Below are positions 48,608 to 58,134 of a stretch of 64,000 nt of DNA, piece by piece; position 1 is the first letter of the stretch; the number at the start of each line of letters is the position of its first letter. The position numbers and the translations under genes were made by a program. The stretch is from an uncultured bacterium (GTDB lineage: Bacteria > Bacillota > CAZWXO01): NCBI GenBank assembly GCA_964637885.1, contig CAZWXO010000001.1, positions 111 through 64,110 on the forward strand. Direction: 5' to 3'. The notes under the pieces are model-generated. The model had not been told where the DNA came from. It saw nothing but the letters and a program-made list of their open reading frames with translations, and did not search any database.

Positions 48608-48991
48608 ATGGAAACACAACCGGAAATGTCTAAAAGCAAATTAAATATATCGGAAGATGTTGTTTCGACAATTGCGGGAGTTGCCGCCATGGAGTGTTTC
48701 GGAGTTGTAGGAATGTCGACGCGTAACCTTAAAGAAGGCATCACAGAGTTACTACGCAAAGATAATGTGCACAAAGGTATTGATATTTCGATTCTTGAAA
48801 ACAAGGTGATTGTTACACTTTTTATAGTTGTTGCATACGGTGTCAAGATTTCAGAAGTTGCACAAAATATTCAGGAAAAGGTCAAATTCAGCATCGAAAA
48901 CATGACTGGAATGGAAGTGGAAAGTGTTAACGTGAACGTTACCGGAGTACGCCCCGACAGTGAAGAGCAAGGAGGAAACCGCAATCAATGA
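48608..48991 (+). CDS. Asp23/Gls24-family alkaline shock/envelope stress protein (YloU-like)
   Basis: DVVSTIAGVAAMECFGVVGM Asp23 signature; precedes yloV as in Bacillus. Confidence 0.85.
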   Translation: METQPEMSKSKLNISEDVVSTIAGVAAMECFGVVGMSTRNLKEGITELLRKDNVHKGIDISILENKVIVTLFIVVAYGVKISEVAQNIQEKVKFSIENMTGMEVESVNVNVTGVRPDSEEQGGNRNQ

Positions 48992-50622
48992 CGCATGATT
49001 ACGGAGCAAACGAACTTGCAGGAATGATGCTTGCTGCAAAAAAATTACTTGATGAGCACCGCAGCGAAATAGACGCGCTCAATGTATTTCCTGTTCCTGA
49101 CGGGGACACAGGTTTAAACATGTCGTTGACGATGCAATCTGCCTGCGACGAAATAAGCAAAATTTCAAACAAAGACGATCTTTTAATGGTTTGTCAGGCG
49201 ATAGCAAAGGGTTCGCTTATGGGCGCCAGGGGGAATTCAGGGGTTATTTTGTCACAAATATTTCGCGGCTTTACGAAGAGTATCAGCACATCTAATTCAT
49301 TTGATGCGCAGAGCTTTGCTTTGGCATTGCGTGATGGAGTTTCAGTGGCCTATAAATCAGTTATGAAGCCTGTAGAGGGTACTATTTTGACAGTCTCTCG
49401 AGAAGCTTCCACTGCTGCTTGTCAAAGAGCTGAGGCTGGCGATGACTTTGTCACGGTAATCGCTGAAGCAGTGCAACAGGCAGATGTTGCACTGCGCAAG
49501 ACGCCTGAGTTGCTACCGGTACTTCAGGAAGCAGGAGTAGTGGATGCTGGAGGAATGGGTTTTTTGCAAATACTCCGCGGTTTTTACCATTTTATCGCTG
49601 GAGAAGATGGTAGCTTAGAAAATTACGACAGCGATTTTTTATCAAGAATTGATAATCATAGTTCCAATGATTACATGAGATATTTTTCCCTCGAGGAAAT
49701 CGTTCATCGATATTGCTCCGAGGTGATGATTTACGACGTCAAGCAAGACCTTTCACATAATATTGAAGAAAGATTGGCTGCTCTAGGAGATTCGTTGGTC
49801 ATTGTCCCAGATGAGAATACTCTTAAGATCCACGTGCATACCAATTATCCCGACCAATTATTATCTCTGTGCATGGGCATTGGTGGAATTGGCAATGTCA
49901 AAATTGAGAATATGCATTTACAATTTTTACATAGGCAAAAGAAGTCTTCAAGAGAGATCGTGGAAGGTGTTGGAATAATTGCGATATGTGCCGGCGAAGG
50001 AATAGCCGATTTTTTTCGTGGTCTTGGCGCTGCATATATTCTTAATGGCGGCCAAACAATGAATCCAAGTACGGAACAGATTGTAGCGGCTATCAAGGAT
50101 TCTAACTACAGCGATGTTGTGGTTTTGCCAAACAACAGTAATATCATTATGGCCGCCCAGCAGGCCATCGATTTGTGTCCGGACCAAAGAGTCAAGGTGT
50201 TACCGACAAAAACCATTCCACAGGGAATAAGCGCAATGCTTGAATATGCTGATGATAAAGCTTTGGAAGACAACTACATACGGATGGAAACAGCTTTGCA
50301 CAATGTGCAGACCGTGGAAATAACATTTGCTGTTAGGGATACTGTCAATAATGGAATTGAGATCAAAAAAGGTGATGTAATTGGACTGTTGGATGGAAAA
50401 ATTGTAAAGACGGGTCACGATAAAGACGATATCATCGTAGAGATGCTGTGCGAGATACTAAAAGCGGGAAAGGAAATTGTCACCGTGATTGCTGGCGAGG
50501 GTGTGGCAGAAAGTGAAACTGCGGCGCTGATGAAAAGGCTGCAAGAGGTGGACGAAACAGTCGAGTTTGAGTTGTATTATGGTGGACAGCCACTGTACCA
50601 TTATATTATTTCAATAGAATGA
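48988..50622 (+). CDS. yloV: DAK2-domain fusion protein YloV (DegV/fatty-acid-kinase-related)
   Basis: N-terminal Dak2 domain (DGDTGLNM) plus a C-terminal DegV-like domain; conserved asp23-yloV pairing. Confidence 0.85.
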   Translation: MTHDYGANELAGMMLAAKKLLDEHRSEIDALNVFPVPDGDTGLNMSLTMQSACDEISKISNKDDLLMVCQAIAKGSLMGARGNSGVILSQIFRGFTKSISTSNSFDAQSFALALRDGVSVAYKSVMKPVEGTILTVSREASTAACQRAEAGDDFVTVIAEAVQQADVALRKTPELLPVLQEAGVVDAGGMGFLQILRGFYHFIAGEDGSLENYDSDFLSRIDNHSSNDYMRYFSLEEIVHRYCSEVMIYDVKQDLSHNIEERLAALGDSLVIVPDENTLKIHVHTNYPDQLLSLCMGIGGIGNVKIENMHLQFLHRQKKSSREIVEGVGIIAICAGEGIADFFRGLGAAYILNGGQTMNPSTEQIVAAIKDSNYSDVVVLPNNSNIIMAAQQAIDLCPDQRVKVLPTKTIPQGISAMLEYADDKALEDNYIRMETALHNVQTVEITFAVRDTVNNGIEIKKGDVIGLLDGKIVKTGHDKDDIIVEMLCEILKAGKEIVTVIAGEGVAESETAALMKRLQEVDETVEFELYYGGQPLYHYIISIE

Positions 50623-50650
50623 TTGCTGGACGAGAGAAAAGGTGGGAATA

Positions 50651-52288
50651 ATGCCGGAAATATCTGACCAATTATTACGCGCGACTATAGCAAAGAATTT
50701 TAGTGAAATAAAGGCGGATTTACCTGCTAATGTTTCGCAAAAGGCTTACGTTGAGGCGGTTGTCGTCGCCTTGCAGCAGGGCCGAATGTCGGTTAAATTC
50801 GGCGATTTGCTGGTAGAGTTGGCGTCACTTGCTGGTGTTCGCCCTGGTGATAGTTTTCCCGCTCTAATGATTGAACAGAATGGTGATTTGTCTCTTATGA
50901 CAAAAACACCTCGTTTTGCAAATATAAATGGCTTACCTCTGGAAGTAACGGGTAAAATCGCAGCGTTTAAAGAAAACGACAATGGGCCGACAATTCTGTT
51001 AAGATGTCCAATTGAAGGGAAGGATATAACTAATGCTTTGCGCGGAGTAAATTGGGGTAATTTTGAAATCCAATCTATCGATGGGCAAGGAAAAATGCAA
51101 CTCGTCTCTGGAGATGCCGTTTTTGAGGGCCATTCAGATGATTACTTACTAGTTCCGGGCACGAAAGGTCGAATTGAGCTCCAAAGCATCGATAAGCAGG
51201 AAGTCATTTTTAAACTTAGTCCTAGGGTAACCGACGACGCAATAGTTAGAGAAATCTCACAAAAAACCGGGCTAAAAGCAGATCTCGTTTTAAAAGAGGT
51301 AGTTAGCGCGTTGATTGCCAAGGGAGTTCCGCTACATTCAGAAACCATAGTAGGAATGGTAGAGAAGCTGAGTCTCTTAATGGAAACCAAGGTGGACATC
51401 GGGAATGCTGCTGAGGTGCGACATTTAGCTGCTGCCATGGCTACAATGCAAAAGGCTAATTTGCCGATAGATGACGCTTTTGTAAGGGATCTAGGTGCGT
51501 TCTTAAAGGATCCGATGCTGTTGGGGCAGAGGTTGTCCGAGCTTGGCATGGAAGTAGCTAAGAATGCGAGTGCTCTTTTTTTTGCTGGCAATGTTGATCA
51601 AAAGCTTGCAAATCTGCAGGAACTTTTTCTACTACATGGCGGTACTATTACGCCAACAGCCAGCAAAGAAGGTGCTCTGGAAATAGAGTCCTTTGTGAAG
51701 GATTTTTTTATGTCCGGGGAAAATAAAAACTCTGCTGATAATGCGGCAATTTTAAAGCAGTTGCTCTTAAAATTACCGCAATCAGACGCTATGAGCTTGC
51801 AAATAATTACGCCTGATGAAGAGAAAATTCGAGAGTTGTTACCTCTAGCCACCTCATTAATCGGAGCGAGTCATGCGCAAATGGCTGGCGTTGATGAGAA
51901 TGGTGTCAATTTCCTTAGTTTCTCTTTGCCGATGGCATCGAGGGAACAAGGATTGCCGAATTCCATCAGAATAGAATATAAAGATGAAAATGGCAAAAAT
52001 AAGATAGATTGGCAAAACTGTAAGATCATATTAAAAATGAAAACACGTAACTTGTCGGAATTGCAAATCGATTTAGAATTCCGCAAAGGTGTGCTTTCCT
52101 GCCAAGTAGCAGCCATTGAAGAATACGGCATGCGTCGGATATCTGCTACTAAAGAGGAGCTTCGGGATAGCCTTGAATCTGCTGGGTTTACAGTTGGTAT
52201 GATTTTAACACGGTTGTTGCGAAAATTGCCGGAGGAGAATGGATCGCAGTTAAATAATCGGTCTTTCGGCTTCGATTTTAAGGTGTAG
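50651..52288 (+). CDS. YlqG-like hypothetical protein with a FliK-like (Flg_hook) C-terminal domain
   Basis: The C-terminal segment (NLSELQIDLEFRKGVLSCQVAAIEEYGMRRISATKEELRDSLESAGFTVG) parallels the FliK C-domain pattern (L.I.L. ... ARF...SH..R..LE..LP.LR..L...GL). ATG 50651 is preceded by AAAGGTGGG. Confidence 0.55.
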   Translation: MPEISDQLLRATIAKNFSEIKADLPANVSQKAYVEAVVVALQQGRMSVKFGDLLVELASLAGVRPGDSFPALMIEQNGDLSLMTKTPRFANINGLPLEVTGKIAAFKENDNGPTILLRCPIEGKDITNALRGVNWGNFEIQSIDGQGKMQLVSGDAVFEGHSDDYLLVPGTKGRIELQSIDKQEVIFKLSPRVTDDAIVREISQKTGLKADLVLKEVVSALIAKGVPLHSETIVGMVEKLSLLMETKVDIGNAAEVRHLAAAMATMQKANLPIDDAFVRDLGAFLKDPMLLGQRLSELGMEVAKNASALFFAGNVDQKLANLQELFLLHGGTITPTASKEGALEIESFVKDFFMSGENKNSADNAAILKQLLLKLPQSDAMSLQIITPDEEKIRELLPLATSLIGASHAQMAGVDENGVNFLSFSLPMASREQGLPNSIRIEYKDENGKNKIDWQNCKIILKMKTRNLSELQIDLEFRKGVLSCQVAAIEEYGMRRISATKEELRDSLESAGFTVGMILTRLLRKLPEENGSQLNNRSFGFDFKV

Positions 52289-52290
52289 GT

Positions 52291-52599
52291 GTGATGACAG
52301 ATAATAAAAGCGGTAGTAAAAAAATGGAAAAAGCTGTTGCTTTAGGCTACATTCCAGGAAAAGACGGGGCGCCGCGGGTGCTTGCTTCAGGAAAAGGGAC
52401 TATCGCTGAAGCAATTGCTGAAATTGCGCGAGAACACGGAGTGCCTTTTTATCAGGATGCGGCGTTAGTGGATTCATTAATTAACTTACAGATAAATGCT
52501 GAGATTCCCATCGAGTTATATGAAGCGATCGCGCACGTGCTCGCTTACGTATATTCTTTGGATATTCGAGAAGAAAAAAACAAGGGGGCATTGAACTAG
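52291..52599 (+). CDS. FlhB C-terminal-domain homologue (YlqH-like; EscU/YscU/FlhB-C family)
   Basis: About 100-aa protein with a conserved AVALGY...APRVLASGKG..AE.I...A.EHGVP core like the FlhB-C autocleavage domain. I do not see the canonical NPTH tetrad. Confidence 0.65.
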   Translation: MMTDNKSGSKKMEKAVALGYIPGKDGAPRVLASGKGTIAEAIAEIAREHGVPFYQDAALVDSLINLQINAEIPIELYEAIAHVLAYVYSLDIREEKNKGALN

Positions 52600-52605
52600 A
52601 TTATT

Positions 52606-53184
52606 GTGCAAATTATAGCTGGTATTCACAAGGGAAGAAAAATTATTGCACCTCATGGGATGAAAACGCGGCCAACAGGAGCTCGAGTGCGGGAATCGTT
52701 GTTTTCTATTCTTGGGCAGAGAAATGAAGGGGCAGAGGTTTTAGATTTATTTGCCGGAAGTGGTGCGCTAGGTATCGAATCGATGAGTCGAGGGGCTGCG
52801 AAAGTTGTATTTGTCGATAACTCTAGCGGGGCAGCAGACGCAATCAGAAATAATTGTCAGACTTTGAAGATTGAATTTGCCAAGATCGTCAAGAAAGATG
52901 TCCTTGCCTTTCTCAAAGGAAATAAGACGAAGAATCAATTTGACCTAATTTTTGCTGATCCTCCGTATAATAAAAATTTTCCAAAAGAGATATTAGAGTT
53001 AGTTGACGAGTATGGATGGTTAAGGGAGAATGGCATCTTAGTGGTGGAGGAAAGTGCCAAAGCCATAATTGAAGAAAAAATCGGGAATATTTTATTACAA
53101 GACCGAAGAAACTATGGTGATACTTGCTTGTTTTTTTTCGGTTTGCAAAAGGAGAATAAACATGAGAGCGGTTTATCCGGGTAG
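52606..53184 (+). CDS. rsmD: 16S rRNA m2G966 methyltransferase RsmD
   Basis: IIAG..KGRKI N-terminus, DLFAGSGALGIE SAM motif, DPPY catalytic motif. Confidence 0.88.
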   Translation: MQIIAGIHKGRKIIAPHGMKTRPTGARVRESLFSILGQRNEGAEVLDLFAGSGALGIESMSRGAAKVVFVDNSSGAADAIRNNCQTLKIEFAKIVKKDVLAFLKGNKTKNQFDLIFADPPYNKNFPKEILELVDEYGWLRENGILVVEESAKAIIEEKIGNILLQDRRNYGDTCLFFFGLQKENKHESGLSG

Positions 53185-53638
53185 CTTTGATCCAGTTACA
53201 AATGGGCATCTCGATATTTTGGAGAGGGCTTCGCAGTTATTTGAGCATGTGACGGTAGCCGTGGTTAACAACGTCAACAAACACCCACTTTTTTCAACCG
53301 ACGAAAGAGTTGCGATGCTGAAAAAATGCACGAGAGAGATGCCCTCCGTCACGGTTGGAAGCTTTGACGGGTTGTTAATTGATTATGTGCGGTCTCAGCA
53401 AGCTGGTGCGATTATTCGCGGATTGCGCGCGATTTCAGATTTTGAATATGAATTTCAGATTAATGCGGTAAATAAAAAACTTGCCCCGGACATCGAAACG
53501 GTTTTTTTAATGACTGCCAATGAATACGCATATTTGAGCTCCAGCATTGTCAAAGAGGTTGCCTCTTTTAGGGGTTGTATTGATGGCTTGGTTCCCGATT
53601 TTGTTAAAAAGATGATCCAATCCAAATTGGTTGGTTAA
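53162..53638 (+). CDS. coaD: Phosphopantetheine adenylyltransferase
   Basis: YPGSFDPVTNGHLDI (HxGH) motif; ATG 53162 has an AGGAGA RBS. The track ORF extends to 53069. Confidence 0.93.
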   Translation: MRAVYPGSFDPVTNGHLDILERASQLFEHVTVAVVNNVNKHPLFSTDERVAMLKKCTREMPSVTVGSFDGLLIDYVRSQQAGAIIRGLRAISDFEYEFQINAVNKKLAPDIETVFLMTANEYAYLSSSIVKEVASFRGCIDGLVPDFVKKMIQSKLVG

Positions 53639-53652
53639 GGAGGTGGTGGATC

Positions 53653-54114
53653 GTGGATTTTTTACAGGTAATAAATGATTTAATAACCAATCTAGAGGAG
53701 AGTCCGAAAGTACCTGTCTTCGGAAGACGATTACTCGACGAAGAAACTGTGCTGGAAATGTTGGATCGCATTAAAGCAAATCTTCCCGATGAATTTATTC
53801 AGGCTCAAAGGATTATTGAACAGCGAGAACAAATAATCTCTGAAGCTAAGTTGGAAGGCGAAGGAATAATCAAAGAAAATGAAGCCTTAGGTAATCGCCT
53901 GGCAGGAGAGAATGAGATAACAAAAAAAGCGCAAGCGCTGGCCGATCAATTGATAATGGAGGCTAAGAAGGTAGCCGGAGAGACTGTCAATGGCGCGAAT
54001 GCTTACGCTGATAGCGTCCTCGAGAAACTTGAAGAATCAATGCTCAACAATTTGCAGATGATTAAGAAGAGCCGAGGAAAACTTAATGCGATGCGTCGGG
54101 AAGCTCACTCGTGA
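53653..54114 (+). CDS. Hypothetical coiled-coil protein, 153 aa
   Basis: Highly charged and heptad-rich with no TM segment; converges on and overlaps the tmcAL 3' end by 10 nt. I recognised no family. Confidence 0.4.
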   Translation: MDFLQVINDLITNLEESPKVPVFGRRLLDEETVLEMLDRIKANLPDEFIQAQRIIEQREQIISEAKLEGEGIIKENEALGNRLAGENEITKKAQALADQLIMEAKKVAGETVNGANAYADSVLEKLEESMLNNLQMIKKSRGKLNAMRREAHS

Positions 54115-55373
54115 CCTGAGATGATCGGACGGAAGCGCTCAAAATCCATGCATCCGGCGGCGCATTTATTTTTATACCCTAGGGAGAAAACGTTGCTAGC
54201 CCGGATATCGGCTTGAAGTGATTTAATGCCAAATTCACTTAAATTAGCTTTATTAATGTGTTTCTGCGATGCTTTGACGATGATTGGAAGTGCATCTTTT
54301 TTTGCAAATATTAATTCTTTGAGAAGCTTAGTGCGACTATTTTTTATCGCGAGTAATCTTCCATAAGGCGTTCCATATTCACGTGCGCTTTTTAGAAAAT
54401 TGTTGTCGAGTTGGAGTAGAATTCTAATGAGTAATCTTTGGATGCGGGCTTTCGGATAGCGCCCGCATTGGGTTTTTTCAACTAATTCGCTCCAAGATGA
54501 ACTTGTTAGTGAGTACTTTATTATGCGGTGATAAAGACCTTCGAAATCGTCGGCAAACTCTGCAAGGTTGTCTGCTTGCAGTGCACGTATCAGGTAGAGG
54601 ATTATTTGAGAAAAACGATCATTAGACATCAAACCACTATTTGTCTCTGCTTCGATACATAGAGCTTCGTAGACATCCCCGGGGAGATATTTTAATACAC
54701 TTGGACACCCTAGGCTAAAAATGTCATGACGGATTCTGCTGGCAGATGTTATTTCGCCGTCACTTTTTCCAGGGATAAACTGGACGCGAGGCAGGGGGAG
54801 AGGAATAATAGAAGAGCCTAATTTCTTTAAGGATGAAATATAGTCAATGGCAAGAATATTGTTCGGCTGGCCAATAATAGTGGAAGGTGCGAGAGTTTCT
54901 CCATGACTCTTAACAGTGCCAAGAATATGATCTATTGCAATTCCCCGAGCAATGGGAAAGGGAATCCCCTTTTTCATCTCTGTTCTGATTGTGGTTCCGA
55001 ACTCAGCCGGTTCCTCCGCGATAATTCCAGCAATTAAATCTAAGCATTCGATGTCGTCATTTTCCGCACCAAAGGTTATTGTATCAATGCATCCAAGCCG
55101 ATGAAACAGAGAAGCAGCCCCCCAGGCAAATAGAGAAGAACTGGCGGTCGCAAAAACAACTGGCAATTCAAAAACGATGTCAGCTCCATGACGGAGAGCT
55201 ATGGAGGCACGCTGGTATTTGTTTAAAACCGCAACTTCGCCTCGTTGCACGAAATTTCCACTCATTGCCAAAACTATCAGGCAGTCCGGGTAACGCTTCT
55301 TTAGCATTTGTATCTGGCATTGATGCCCAAAGTGGAATGGATTGTATTCGGTTGTTATCCCAATTATTTTCAT
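54105..55373 (-). CDS. tmcAL: tRNA(Met) cytidine acetate ligase TmcAL (UPF0348/YlbM family nucleotidyltransferase)
   Basis: GIITEYNPFHFGH HxGH-type N-terminus. ATG 55373 is preceded by AAGGAG on the minus strand; the track starts at GTG 55379. Confidence 0.8.
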   Translation of the reverse strand: MKIIGITTEYNPFHFGHQCQIQMLKKRYPDCLIVLAMSGNFVQRGEVAVLNKYQRASIALRHGADIVFELPVVFATASSSLFAWGAASLFHRLGCIDTITFGAENDDIECLDLIAGIIAEEPAEFGTTIRTEMKKGIPFPIARGIAIDHILGTVKSHGETLAPSTIIGQPNNILAIDYISSLKKLGSSIIPLPLPRVQFIPGKSDGEITSASRIRHDIFSLGCPSVLKYLPGDVYEALCIEAETNSGLMSNDRFSQIILYLIRALQADNLAEFADDFEGLYHRIIKYSLTSSSWSELVEKTQCGRYPKARIQRLLIRILLQLDNNFLKSAREYGTPYGRLLAIKNSRTKLLKELIFAKKDALPIIVKASQKHINKANLSEFGIKSLQADIRASNVFSLGYKNKCAAGCMDFERFRPIISGHE

Positions 55374-55483
55374 TTTCACTCCTTATTTTTAAAAATTATA
55401 ACAGAAATTTTTAATTTTTGTTGAAATGAGTGGGCTGGGGTATTAGAATGGACAAGTAAATTTTCGTAAAGGGGAAATTGTTG

Positions 55484-56674
55484 ATGAAAGTATTAGTTGT
55501 TAACTGTGGAAGTTCGTCGCTCAAATATCAATTGATTGACATGTCCAATGAAAGTCTCTTGTGTAAGGGTCTAGTTGAAAGAATCGGGCTGTCAGGGGCA
55601 TTGCTGGTGCATGAAGTGCCAGAGCGAGACAAATTTAAAAAAGAATACGATATTCCAGATCACAAGCAAGCGATTAAGATTGTTCTCGATACTTTGGTAG
55701 ATACTCAGGTCGGTGTCTTAAAAGCTATTGAAGAGATCAGTGCTATCGGACATCGAGTGGTTCACGGCGGTGAAAAATTCATTTCTTCAGTCATCATTGA
55801 TGAAGATGTTATGAAGACCTTAGAAGAGACTATTGAACTTGCACCTCTTCATAATCCGCCAAATATTGCGGGCATATTAGCTTGTGAGGCAATTATGCCA
55901 AATGTACCGCAGGTTGCAGTTTTTGATACCGCGTTTCACCAAACGATGCCTGCTAAAGCTTATCTCTACGGTCTTCCTTATGAAGATTATCAGGATAACG
56001 GGATTAGGCGATATGGGTTTCATGGTACTTCGCATAAGTATGTGGCAAACCGAGCTGCTGAAATACTTGGTAAAGATATCAAAGATCTTAAAATTATTTC
56101 CTGCCATTTGGGCAACGGCGCAAGTATCACCGCGATAAAAAGCGGAGAATCCGTTGATACGAGCATGGGTTTTACACCGCTTGAAGGATTGGTCATGGGG
56201 ACTCGTTGTGGTGATCTTGACCCGGCAATTATTCCTTATCTGATGAAGTTGCACAACATGAATATGGATCAGCTGAACGATTATCTCAACAAAAAAAGCG
56301 GGGTTCTCGGCATTTCTGGGATTTCAAGTGACTTTAGAGATATTGAAGAAGCAGCTGCCAAAAATAATCACCGGGCTCAGGTTGCGATTGATTTGTTTGT
56401 TTACATTGTTCAGAAATATATTGGTGAATATGTCGCAGCGATGAACGGTGTTGATGTATTGATTTTTACAGCCGGGTTAGGAGAGAACGGAATCGATTTC
56501 CGCCAAATGATTTGCAATAACATGGATTATCTGGGAATCAGCGTCGACGCTTCACTTAATGATTTCCGCGGCAAGGAGAAGGTTATCAGCCCCTCGGATG
56601 GAAAGGTTACTGTTATGGTTGTTCCGACTAACGAGGAATTGATGATCGCCAGGGAGACAAAATCTTTAATTTAG
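55484..56674 (+). CDS. ackA: Acetate kinase
   Basis: [16 protein letters not shown]-terminus, ASKHA fold motifs ([14 protein letters not shown]). Confidence 0.93.
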   Translation: MKVLVVNCGSSSLKYQLIDMSNESLLCKGLVERIGLSGALLVHEVPERDKFKKEYDIPDHKQAIKIVLDTLVDTQVGVLKAIEEISAIGHRVVHGGEKFISSVIIDEDVMKTLEETIELAPLHNPPNIAGILACEAIMPNVPQVAVFDTAFHQTMPAKAYLYGLPYEDYQDNGIRRYGFHGTSHKYVANRAAEILGKDIKDLKIISCHLGNGASITAIKSGESVDTSMGFTPLEGLVMGTRCGDLDPAIIPYLMKLHNMNMDQLNDYLNKKSGVLGISGISSDFRDIEEAAAKNNHRAQVAIDLFVYIVQKYIGEYVAAMNGVDVLIFTAGLGENGIDFRQMICNNMDYLGISVDASLNDFRGKEKVISPSDGKVTVMVVPTNEELMIARETKSLI

Positions 56675-56730
56675 AGGGCTATTCCTTGACTTTGTCACAA
56701 TTAATCTATAGTATTATGAGGTGATTTTGT

Positions 56731-57246
56731 TTGGCTGTCTGCATTGATTTTAACGTTCTAAGAGAGCAGCGTCACCTGGAGCTTGAAGTGGTCTTTACTG
56801 AAGATTACGCAAAGGCCTGTGAGATTGTACTACCCTTTGTCCTAAGGAATTCGCCTATATATAAGTTGGTTTTTGATTTGGCAGGCGATGTTTTGGTGCT
56901 AAAAGTGTCGATTGAGGCTAACTTATCGAAGGGTTGCGATCTTTGTTTAGAAGATGCCGATGTTAAGATGTTAGCCGATTCGGAGTATGTTTTTTCCCTC
57001 GGCAATATTATGGATGACGAAGATATTATTTTTGTCCCGGCAAATGTCGTCAATTATGATTTTGCACCTCTATTATTGGAATGCTTACTTTACAATTTGC
57101 CGATTAGGGTTGTATGTCGGCCGGATTGTAAAGGGTTGTGCTCAGGCTGTGGTGTCAACTTGAACCGTACTGAATGCGATTGTCTCCCATTGGGTGATCT
57201 GCGGTGGAGTAAATTGCATGAATACAAAGTAAAATTGGATAAGTAA
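56731..57246 (+). CDS. YceD/DUF177 family protein (large-subunit rRNA accumulation protein, YlbN-like)
   Basis: C-terminal CxxC..CxxC motif (CKGLCSGCGVNLN...CDC) and the conserved position directly upstream of rpmF. Confidence 0.85.
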   Translation: MAVCIDFNVLREQRHLELEVVFTEDYAKACEIVLPFVLRNSPIYKLVFDLAGDVLVLKVSIEANLSKGCDLCLEDADVKMLADSEYVFSLGNIMDDEDIIFVPANVVNYDFAPLLLECLLYNLPIRVVCRPDCKGLCSGCGVNLNRTECDCLPLGDLRWSKLHEYKVKLDK

Positions 57247-57264
57247 ACGAAGGAGGTGGCTTAA

Positions 57265-57456
57265 ATGGGTGTGCCAAAAAGAAAAGTTTCAAAAGCGCGC
57301 AAATCAAAAGGGAGAACGGCTTGGATGTCTAGGCTCAAGGCTCCTAATCTTGTCGAGTGTCCGCACTGCCATAATTTAAGGGTTTCGCATAGAGTTTGTC
57401 CCGAATGTGGATATTATGATGGCAAGGAAATTATTGCAGTAATAAAAAAAGGATAA
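57265..57456 (+). CDS. rpmF: 50S ribosomal protein L32
   Basis: MGVPKRKVSKARK signature plus a CxxC...CxxC zinc ribbon; RBS AAGGAGG. Confidence 0.93.
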   Translation: MGVPKRKVSKARKSKGRTAWMSRLKAPNLVECPHCHNLRVSHRVCPECGYYDGKEIIAVIKKG

Positions 57457-57461
57457 AGAAT

Positions 57462-57488
57462 AGCCCGCTGAGCGGGCTGTTTTTTTTG
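57462..57488 (+). terminator. Rho-independent terminator after rpmF: AGCCCGC-TGA-GCGGGCT followed by T8
   Basis: Read directly from the sequence. Confidence 0.85.
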
Positions 57489-57540
57489 TTGCATCTTTTT
57501 TATTAAAACGATATACTTTTTTATTATCTGGTGCTAATAT
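57489..57540 (+). promoter_or_regulatory. fapR promoter (TTGCAT, 17 nt, TATACT at 57489-57517) with a FapR-box-like 17-bp operator ATTATCTGGTGCTAATA at 57523-57539
   Basis: The reverse complement TATTAGCACCAGATAAT resembles the B. subtilis FapR operator (TTAGTACCAGATACTAA-like inverted repeat). It lies just downstream of the -10, consistent with autoregulation. Confidence 0.5.
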
Positions 57541-57558
57541 GTTTTGGGTGATGATGAA

Positions 57559-58134
57559 ATGAGCCAAGAAAAAGCTCAAAAAAAGAAAAAAATGATGGAT
57601 TTGCTGGAAGGTGATCCATTTATGACGGATGATGCCTTAGCACTTTGCCTGTGCATTAGCGTTCAATCGGTAAGGCTTTATCGTGCCGAGCTACGCATTC
57701 CGGAACTGCGCAAACGAATCCGTGGAATGGCTCAAAGGGCGCATGGACGCGTCAAAACAATCAGTGGTAAAGAAATTTTAGGCGAGTTAGTATTGTTGGA
57801 GCTAAACTGTCGTGGGGTTTCGGTGCTAGTACCTAATGATGAAATGATTCACAGTAAGCCCGGCATAGTGCGGGCGCAGTATATCTTTGAGCAAGCTAAT
57901 ACCCTGGCAATTGCAATTATCGACGCTGAAATGGCTGTGACTGGAGTAGCTAAAATACGTTTTAAGCGTCCTGTTCAGACTGAGAGTAGTGTTATTGCCA
58001 CTGCCGAAGTAGTGCGAAGGCGTGGAAACAAATTTTTTGTTACAGTCATCAGCAAGCAGTCAGGGGAGGAAGTTTTTCGCGGCAAATTTATTATTGTTTC
58101 GTTTGACGATTTTCAGAGGGGGGAAATTGAATGA
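57559..58134 (+). CDS. fapR: Fatty acid/phospholipid synthesis regulator FapR: HTH domain plus a hotdog thioesterase-like malonyl-CoA sensor
   Basis: Colinear with B. subtilis FapR (...PFMTDDALA...RLYRAELRIPELRKRI...hotdog domain). ATG 57559 is preceded by GGGTGA; the track starts at TTG 57544. Confidence 0.85.
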   Translation: MSQEKAQKKKKMMDLLEGDPFMTDDALALCLCISVQSVRLYRAELRIPELRKRIRGMAQRAHGRVKTISGKEILGELVLLELNCRGVSVLVPNDEMIHSKPGIVRAQYIFEQANTLAIAIIDAEMAVTGVAKIRFKRPVQTESSVIATAEVVRRRGNKFFVTVISKQSGEEVFRGKFIIVSFDDFQRGEIE

